Below, piece after piece: positions 1 through 8,700 of a DNA stretch of 40,219 bases. A program made the translations under genes and the position numbers. Every line of letters starts with the position of its first letter. Position 1 is the stretch's first letter. Below the pieces are notes generated by a model, which worked only from the letters and a program-made list of their open reading frames with translations, was not told the DNA's origin and ran no database searches. This stretch comes from a virus (Duplodnaviria; Caudoviricetes). The stretch is taken from positions 1-40,219 of IMG/VR virus record IMGVR_UViG_3300017766_003255; one strand, written 5' to 3'.

Positions 1-102
1 ATACCGCTCCATGTCGTTGACCCCGCCGCTCAGCACAAGCTGCTGCGTGTCGTGCTCTATGCGTTTGATCTCTTTTAAAACTTTTTCAGCAAAAGTGAGC
101 AT
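1..102 (-). CDS. small phage head-region protein, runs off the window edge (partial)
   Basis: Read manually: ATG at 102 (alternative in-frame ATG at 114) gives MLTFAEKVLKEIKRIEHDTQQLVLSGGVNDMERY..., open to position 1. Co-oriented with the portal operon. Confidence 0.7.
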   Translation of the reverse strand, partial: MLTFAEKVLKEIKRIEHDTQQLVLSGGVNDMERY

Positions 103-161
103 GGTTTTTTCCATGTAAGCAGAAGGTAATCGCCACCGTCTGAAAGGCGTCAAGCAGTCAT

Positions 162-407
162 TTAGTAGATCTTTACGTCTCTGTTTCCGTCTTTTTTCTT
201 CACTATTCTGGGTTTTACCGCCCCTCCTTCGTTCATCTTGCGTGATTTCCCTGCCTCGGAAAGGGCAATGGCAACAGCCTGCTTATTGGCAGCAGCCTTG
301 CTCTTTGGCCGAGACGTGCCGATCGTACCCTTCTTTTCGTATGATCGCATCGTCTCGCCTATGTTTTCGCTGATAACCTTGCGGCTTTTACCCTTCTTCA
401 GCGGCAT
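162..407 (-). CDS. small basic phage protein (81 aa) carrying an MNEGG motif
   Basis: Start overlaps the portal stop at 407. The MPLKKGKS..ISENI..KQAVAIAL..AGKS pattern is common in small proteins next to phage portals. Confidence 0.8.
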   Translation of the reverse strand: MPLKKGKSRKVISENIGETMRSYEKKGTIGTSRPKSKAAANKQAVAIALSEAGKSRKMNEGGAVKPRIVKKKDGNRDVKIY

Positions 408-2785
408 TATCTGCCTCCTGCTGGCAATGTGGGGGTTGGTTTTGGTGTATTGATGCGCTCGCGAGCGACATCAAAGCGACCTTGCGCAATCTTCTCCTGA
501 GAAGCAATGCGCTCATCGTTTGCCTGCGAATTTTCTTGAATGCGCAGCTGTTCGTTTTTCAAAGCCTCCTGCTTAACCTGTATTTCAGCCTGATCCTTCG
601 CCGCGCGCTGCTTCAACTCCTGCTCCTTGAGGGCAACAACAGGATCAGGGCCCTCAGCCCCTGTGCCCGCCAGTGTTGCCTGCATCGCCTTCACGTCCAT
701 CAGGTATTTTGCGACGTTCAGCGATATCATCGCCTCGCGCTGCATGTCGGATACCATGCGATCTGGATCGTTGCCATATTGGGTGAACAACTGCACCTCG
801 GCGTCCTCCTCTGCCTTCAGGCGGACGTGATCCATGATGTGCTTCTGCAGCTCCACAGCCGCCAAGGGGTTGCCCTGCACCAATGGAGAGAGCCCCATGA
901 TCAAGTGAGAGGCAATGTGCGAGTCGTGCTGCTGGCCAGCAAACGCTTTGAGCTGCTTGCCGTCGATCGCATCGATATTCTCGCTGGCAGGATCCTTAGG
1001 TTTCTGATTGGTCTGGGTCTTCAGGATGCCGTCGATGTCGCGCACGTTCATGGCCTGATAGACGCGGTAGTAGGCCTCGTACATGTTGTGCATGTTCGGA
1101 GCGCTCTGGGCCAACTGAAGCTGGGTCTGAGCCAAGGTGATGCGCTGCGCAGAGGAGAAGACATTGGGGTCGGCAACGGGCAAAACCGAGACCTTATTGT
1201 CAAAATCCGCCTTCTTGATAAAACGAGATGCGCCGGGGACATCGTAGGGGTACTCTGGCGGTAAGTATTGCCCAAAACCCCGGAACAGCATCTCAAACTC
1301 TTGCGTCTGCGCGTAGTACAGGCGCTTGTGAATGGCCGACATCACCATAGAGCCGCGCTCAAGCAGCGCAAGGGTAGTGCCCACAGCGGCCTGCTGATTG
1401 GCGTCACCAACTTGCATGTCGGCGGTGCTGGCGAGGCGCCTGCCGGCGTCCACGGTGAACCCCAGAAGGGCGAAAAGGGTCTGACTCGGCTCTTTATAGG
1501 GCAGCGGCATCAGTGAGGAGGACAATTCTGCCCCGCCAGCGTCAATATCTCGCCATTCACCCGGCTGGATCGGCTTATCATCGTCTGAGATCCGCGCGCC
1601 CTTGGCCTTAAAGCCTGCGGGCAGGTTGTGAAGCGTGCCAGAGTCCAATAATTGACGCAGCGCAGCGGTTGCGGTCTTGGACAGACCACCAATCAGGTGG
1701 ACGAAGCCCAAACCATAGGCGCCAAGGCCAGAAACCAGTATGTAATGCCCAAAATACTCTTTTCTGATGTGCAGCGGGTCCTCTTCTTCCCAGTTTCGAC
1801 GCACACTGATCACTCTTCCACTGGTTTCGTCAGTTGTGACCACATACGGCAGCTTGATGCCGGTCGGTTCGCCATCCTCGCCCACGTCTTCGTAACCGGG
1901 GATGTCCAAATCAACGTGAAACTCCAGCAAAGAGATCTCTTCTGGCTCTCCAGCCGACTGCATTCCGGTAATTCGGTCGATAGTTGCGCCAATCTGGTCT
2001 TGTGTGATGCCAGAACCGTCTGGTGACACCTCAATATCGATGTATTCACCCGCATAAACACGCTTTTTGAACTCATTTGAGTCCATCGCAATGCGATGCG
2101 TGATGCGCCGGCACTCGGAAATCACGCTCGAGCCGTGATAGGGGATGTAAAGGTCGTCAGCAAGCACCAAGCGGCTGACCATCCTGCCCAATTGCGCGTC
2201 GTAATAGACCTTTTTGAAGGTGGATCCGCCATATCCGGTGTAGAAAAGCAGCTGGTCGAACTCCGGCGTGTACTCCTTCATCACCGCAGTGATCTGGTAG
2301 TTCATGAAATCCTGTACACGGGCGGCTTGCTGCACCTTGTCGAGGGTTTCCTTGCCCAACGTCTGCGTGCGGACTGGTCCGCCAGCCGGCATGAGCTCCT
2401 TGAGAGCCTGCGCTTGGAACTGGATGATGGCCTCGGTCAACATCGGATGCACAACGCCAGACGCCCCACGGAACGGCTGCGTGCGCTCCTCCATCTTGAG
2501 GCCCAGAAGATCCAGCCCCTTGGCATACATCTCCTCCCACTGGCCGCGAGAGCTCTTGTCAGCGTCGAATAGAGCCTGAAGCGTGATCGATATTTCCCCA
2601 AGATCCTGCGGATCGATACTGTCCGCAAGGTTTGCGTAAAAATCCTGCTCCTCCTCGCCTCCACCGATCTCAATCAAGGCACTTCCGTCATCCTCAATGA
2701 TGATCTCAATGTCTTGATCTTCGACATCATCAAATTCAATCATGTCGGTGCTTGGAGCCAGATTCACTACCTTGTCTATGGGCAT
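407..2785 (-). CDS. portal protein (P22-like), 792 aa
   Basis: Size, position downstream of terL, motifs such as FKKVYYD, GLGFVHLIGGL, LRQLLDSGTLHNLPAGFKAKG and MSAIHKRL, and a C-terminal coiled-coil barrel. Confidence 0.9.
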   Translation of the reverse strand: MPIDKVVNLAPSTDMIEFDDVEDQDIEIIIEDDGSALIEIGGGEEEQDFYANLADSIDPQDLGEISITLQALFDADKSSRGQWEEMYAKGLDLLGLKMEERTQPFRGASGVVHPMLTEAIIQFQAQALKELMPAGGPVRTQTLGKETLDKVQQAARVQDFMNYQITAVMKEYTPEFDQLLFYTGYGGSTFKKVYYDAQLGRMVSRLVLADDLYIPYHGSSVISECRRITHRIAMDSNEFKKRVYAGEYIDIEVSPDGSGITQDQIGATIDRITGMQSAGEPEEISLLEFHVDLDIPGYEDVGEDGEPTGIKLPYVVTTDETSGRVISVRRNWEEEDPLHIRKEYFGHYILVSGLGAYGLGFVHLIGGLSKTATAALRQLLDSGTLHNLPAGFKAKGARISDDDKPIQPGEWRDIDAGGAELSSSLMPLPYKEPSQTLFALLGFTVDAGRRLASTADMQVGDANQQAAVGTTLALLERGSMVMSAIHKRLYYAQTQEFEMLFRGFGQYLPPEYPYDVPGASRFIKKADFDNKVSVLPVADPNVFSSAQRITLAQTQLQLAQSAPNMHNMYEAYYRVYQAMNVRDIDGILKTQTNQKPKDPASENIDAIDGKQLKAFAGQQHDSHIASHLIMGLSPLVQGNPLAAVELQKHIMDHVRLKAEEDAEVQLFTQYGNDPDRMVSDMQREAMISLNVAKYLMDVKAMQATLAGTGAEGPDPVVALKEQELKQRAAKDQAEIQVKQEALKNEQLRIQENSQANDERIASQEKIAQGRFDVARERINTPKPTPTLPAGGR

Positions 2786-2793
2786 GTTTTATC

Positions 2794-5700
2794 CTAAAGA
2801 TATCTTCGATTATCGTGTGTGGCGCGCTCTACGTTGCTTTTGGAGGCCATGCCGCCGGCTGCCAATCCTTGTGGAATCTGCTTGCGGAGTGCCTCTTCAA
2901 ATTCCTGCTGAGTGACGTAGGAGTTGTCTTGCAACGTCCCGTTTTCAATTGCTCTTCTTACCATTTGTGAGCGCTCTTCCGGGTAATAAGCACGCAAGGC
3001 TTCGTCCTGCGGCGTGAACCTCGCCGCTTGGAAGGGGTCGTTTATGTCCACCTTGTAAAGCCCAGTGTTCTGCAAGTCCCCAACCCAGTCCCACTGCCCA
3101 GTCTTCACAAAGTCCTGCACAAAGGGCAGATACTCTTTCACAGGAGCCCTGTTCGCTTTTCCTTTGATCTGCACGATTTCTTGATTTGGTCGAGCATTCA
3201 GTCGCTCCAGCAGAGCAGGTCGATTTTTCGCAAGCCACGCATAGGAGTCATAATGACCATTGTCAGCAACAATCTTATCCCAGATACCCGGCTCCATCTG
3301 ATTGAGAATCTCACCAGATATCCCTTGAACAGTGTCCTGCACCTCTATCGTCACATGAGGCTCACCCTTCGCATCGCGCAGCGAGTATATGCGCGTCGCG
3401 CCACTTGCAACATCGTCACAGTAGCCGCCAACGCAGTGACCCATCGTGTCGCCTTCGTATTTTAGGGCGTCTTGCAAGGTCCTCCTGTTCCATGCGTAAT
3501 TTTCGGTTTCTGGCCTCTCCTCAGGGGCTGGCTTCTTCAGCTGAACCCATCTCAGCCCCCGACTGTTCGGCTCGCTGCTGAAGGGTACCGTGTCATACTC
3601 CTTGAAAGGCACCGCAGCCGCGTTGTTTGCTCGAGCCAAGTCTGCAGCTACCTTCAGCTCAGCTCGGTATTTATTGATGTCCGCCACTTTCTCCACGATC
3701 TGAGGGACAGACATACGGTCCAGCTTGTTTGCGTCAATGCGCAGGCGCTCAGGCAGATCCGTGTTTGGTCTGACGGCGTTGTTGAGCTCGTCGATGAGGT
3801 GGCCGAATCCGAGGGCGTTGATTGCCCGCACCGCCCCTGCACGGCTCAGGTCATACACGTTTGTTTCCGGCGCCACTTTTGTCAGCCAAGGGTTTTCTTC
3901 AAGGAATTCCTTGTACATCCTCTCTTGCGCAAATTTTGTCAAATACTCGCTGTCATACTCACCGGGGTCCAACAGATCCCTTGCAGTATTACGAGCCACC
4001 GACACATCGGTTGCATCCTCCCATGCCTTAGCCGCGTCGCTTACACCTAGTCTCGGCGTTCCAGCTGCGCTCCTGCGGTCAACTGCTTTATACCGGTTCA
4101 ATCCCACCTGATCAGGATCAATGTGCAAAATCCCTCTCTCGGCCAGCGCCCGAATCGGGTCGCTCTCAGTGCCCATTTCGTTGCGGATGTACTTGGCAAG
4201 CTTGGTGTCGATCCACTTGTCGATCTGTGCTTTGCCTTTGAGCAAATTCATGCTGGCGGCGGTGTGACGAGCCGACTCAGGGCTAAGTGACGCAATAACC
4301 TCTGGGGTGTAACTCCCAAACATCTGTTCAAGCAATACCGCAGGTGTGTTGGACAGCACGCCCTGATTGTTTGCGCGCAGCATTTGCATCTCACTATCAA
4401 TGCCATCACCAAGCCAGTTGCCGCCACGCTCTTTGATAATACCGCTGGTGGTCGGCCCCCTCGATGAACTGCCCAAGATGTTGTCCAAGGTGTTGTACGC
4501 ACCGCCACCGGCTATCGCTGCTGCGATTTCGGCAGTGACATTGTCAGGGGCCAGTTCGCGTGCGCCCATAGCGGCAAGCTCCGCACTGGCGGCAACCGAT
4601 GCTTCCCGGTCCAGAATCGGGGTAAGCCGCGAGAGGGTCTCGCGCGCGCTGCCGGGCGCCGCCATGCTCATCATGGGGCGTGTCGCAGCACCAGCAGCGC
4701 GTAACGGCCCTGCGGCTGGTAGCAGAACACTGGCCGCAAGCGCTGCCGGCGCGTATGGGTCGTAGCCCGCCACGCCAAGGGATTCTTGCACGGCAGAGGA
4801 CACGGGAGTGAACGGCTTTGTCTCAATGCCCAGCCTCTTCGCGCCGGCCTTCGCGCCCATCTGCAGCAGGTCGCCAACCCCAGCCGTCATGTCCAGCGCA
4901 GCACCGGTCACCGGAGCCGTCACGTTCTGCCCGAACGCATCACTGAGGCGGCGCAGCATGTTGCGGCTCTCGGTCACTTCGCGGTCAGGGGCGCTGCTGG
5001 CGGTGCCGTAGGCAGTGGCAGGGGAGTTGGCCATGCTGCGGTCTATCTGGGCCAAGAGTTCCTGTGGCGTTGGAGAGGACGACACTTCGCCGCCCTTGGC
5101 CATACCTTCCGGCTCCTCTTCCGCAGTTGTAGCCGCTGCCCCGGCGCCAACAGCGACTAGAGGTATCATGTACGTCTTCGTCACGTCCAGAGGGTCAAAC
5201 ACCACAGCAACCTTCCCAAGCTTAGGGTCGATGGTTGTGAACCCAGAGTAGCCCGATTCGGCAATCCTGCGCTCGGACCCTGTTATGTCTCGCGGTATCC
5301 AGAGGTTCTCGGGGTCCGCCTTTACGTCATAAATAAGCTCTGGCTCAATTAATACTTCGTTGCGAACGGCACCTATTCCAAGCTCGGGCCTGTATGCATT
5401 CTCGGATGCAGGTACGCCATAGTACGACCTTTTGACAAAGTCAGGGTCGGATGCGCGATTAAGTTCTGCCAGCGACCGTCCCGAGAGACCCTGTCCATAA
5501 CGCTCAGGATCGACTCTCTCAAGGGGTCTTCCTGAGTAGTGGATAAGTCGCAGCTTTCCGTCATCAGTAATTGCTCCCTGAAGCCCATTTGCATTTCTTG
5601 AGAGAGCGTCAAAGAATCTATCTCGTCTATCGGCATTTATTATTGTCCCTGCTTCTGACGCCCATCTGGGCATCAAGCCTACTTTCTGGTCAGCGAATAT

Positions 5701-8700
5701 TGTGTCTTCTACCTTCGCCGCTCTGTTTGCGTCACCGTACGGGCCGTAGTTCACCCATGAGTTCTGGCCGCGAGTCTCACTTGCCAGCGCTCGTCGGGCA
5801 ACGGGGCTATACATACCGGCGTGTGCCTGAAACGCATTCTCCTCCCCGGCAGCCCTAAAACCTGCCCCGCTCTTTGCGTGACCGAAATAGTCATGCACAG
5901 CCCGGAACAGGTCGTTGTTTGGAGCGATCTTGCCGTCTATCATTCTGCCTGACGGCAGCAGCAGTGGGTTTCCTTTCGTGTTGAATTTTGGGTCTGACCC
6001 AAAACCTTCCACTGTTGGAAATATACCAATCCTGTTGTTCTCATGAATATCAAACAGCGCCTCGTAAGCACTGTTTGGATAAGGGTTGCGAGCTGCGTCG
6101 ATATAGTAAGGCGTGATGCCAGCCTCGATCATGGCGTCATACTGCGCCAGAGTCTGCCGGATCATCTCGTTATACGCCTTCATGGTGTCGCGATCCTCTG
6201 GCGCGTGCTTCATCAACTCGTATTCTCGAGCGAGACGAGTGGCCCTGCTCACGTCAATCGGCAGGTACTTGTCGACGCCTTTGTACGGCACGCCTGCGAG
6301 CTCTGCAGCTCGAAGTGCGGCGAGCTCTGCCCGTGCATTCCTGCCAAGCTCCACTGTCCCAATATTCGGTATGTTCGCCGTCCTCGGCGCTCCCGGCAGC
6401 GTATTGCCCCCAAGAGACCTGACTCTGCGTGCGGCTGCCGCTGCGGTATCTCCAACAACCGGCACCATGCCAGCCGTTCCGATGGCTCCAAGGATCGCAG
6501 CCTCGCCGAGGTTGCCCTGCCGGTACGCTTGTCTAGCGTCGGAAAAAGCCAGAGCATCGCCCACAACTGGCGTAAAATCACCGACCAACCTCGTAACGCC
6601 CAAAATCTTCTCTGCTCGTCTGGTCGCCTGCGCCCGCTTGGCCGGATCTTCGTCGTTTCCTCCCAAGATGTCGAACAGGGCGTTGAACGCTTGCCCTCTC
6701 ACAGACTCATGCTGCACCGAAGGCGGTGTGGGCATCTCCCCCTGCTGAGCCCTAACGCGATCCAACGCACTTGGAAAAAGGCCCCTCATATCTGCGGCTG
6801 CTGACCCCTGCGCTGCCGGCTTGTTCGCCTTCTTCCCGCTAAGGTTCTCCAGCATGCGGCGGGAGGAGGTTACTGAGCCGCCTTTTTTGAGCTTGGGGAT
6901 GCCGCTACCGGGCGCTTGATCGAGCCCGTCAGGTACAGGTTTTGAAAGCTCTGTCCCCGCTCTTCCGCCATTATTTGGTTGCGTAGGGCTTGCGCCACTC
7001 GGGAGCTCTCCCCCCGCTCTGCTATTTCCTCTTGGAGCTGTTCTTGTAAGGTACTCATCATAGCCATCCCTAAAAAATACTTGCGTATCGTAATAATTAA
7101 CTCTTGCATCAGATACATTTTCATCCGCCATCGTATCGTTAAGCACGCCTCTAAACAAGCGCTCTTTTTCTCTGTAAATCTCATCTGCACGGCTTGGATC
7201 AAATCCTTCATCAAATTCAGGCACGTATTGAAAACGCAATCCGGTTAGAGACGCGGTTTCTGGAGCCCCTGATCGAGCCTGACGGTTGATTCTGTCATCA
7301 AACCGCATATCGGTTATGTAAGTGAAACCGTCAATTCCCCGCTCGCGCAAGCTGGCAGTAATTTTAGCCAATTGGTCTGGAGAAGCCGCTTTTTTGAAAA
7401 ATATTTCAACTCCGGGGCGTGCGTTAGGGGTTCCTGCGCGCACTGCCTTTGATATAAACACAGCGTCTTGATCGTACTTTTTACCCTGCTCAACCATTCT
7501 TCTGATTAAGGGGTCTGGATTAAAATCTTGCTGGACGACAAATTCAGCATTTAACGCCCTTTCTGTGGCCCCCATGAAAGACCCATAGGTATTGGCGAGG
7601 TTGTATCCTAGAACCGAAGGATCATTACGAACAACGTCATCAAGCTCGGCTGCAAGCTCGGCTTGCGCGTAATTGCTCATAGGCAATGCTGGGCGCTCCC
7701 CAGAAACCCCCAGTGTATAGCGCTGAAGAGGAGCATTGAGAGACCGGAGCTCTATGCCTGCCAGCTCCTGCTTGTTGTCATACACACGCCTTGCCTGCGC
7801 AACCCTGTCTGCGTACTCGGCATCTGTTTCTTTTTTTCTTTTATTTGGCGCCTTAAATCCGGTATTGATTTCGCGCCGCAAGTCGTCGATGCGAGCCTGC
7901 TCAGGGCTGCCGGCCAAGGACATCTCGTATTCAAGAGATCCGCCTTCCCCTGCTTTTGTTGTCCAACCGTTTTCCGTCCATCGCTCCTTTTCCATAAACC
8001 AAGCAACTGCCTGCAGATCATCCGGCCCGAGATCGCCCATTTCGGGGACAATAGATTTTACATTGCCAGATGCGTTAATTCTGTTTGCAGCGTTGCGGAA
8101 CACTTCTTGGCCAAAGCCAAATTCGCCACCAACGCGCGGGCTTCCAAGACTAGATCCAACAAGGTGGGTTCCTGTGACCCCTTGTTCTGCAACAGGAGGT
8201 ATGCGCGACTGACCTGAAAGCCTGCGCAGCATCCGCGCTGCCCAAACATCGACAGTCGCCTCATTTGTAAGACCGATGAGATTGCCGGTAAAGTTGGGCG
8301 TTTTTGGAGCGCTGCCGGTTTTTACTGATCTGAACATATCCAGCAGCGCCCCCATAGAGGACGGGCTGTTGGTATTGAAAAGCTTGCCAGCTGAGTTGGT
8401 AATTAATGGAAACTCTCCGGCGTTGTGCAGCGCAGTCAAGGTCTTCCCATCAACCGGGAGACCTTGTTTGATTCTATTTTCATAAGCCTGCAACTCTGCA
8501 TCGAACTCCCCTCGGCTATATCGACGCAATATCTCAGATGCATTGGCAAAGTTTTGCTCAACATTCGTCTGTGCGCTTGTTGTACCAAGGACATCAGCAA
8601 AGACATCGCCAATTCCGCCAAACTCAGAGCGCAGCTGATCTCGCATCCCGCGATACCAGTTGGCCTGCCGAAGTATGCCAAGAGCTGCCTTATCGCCGGC

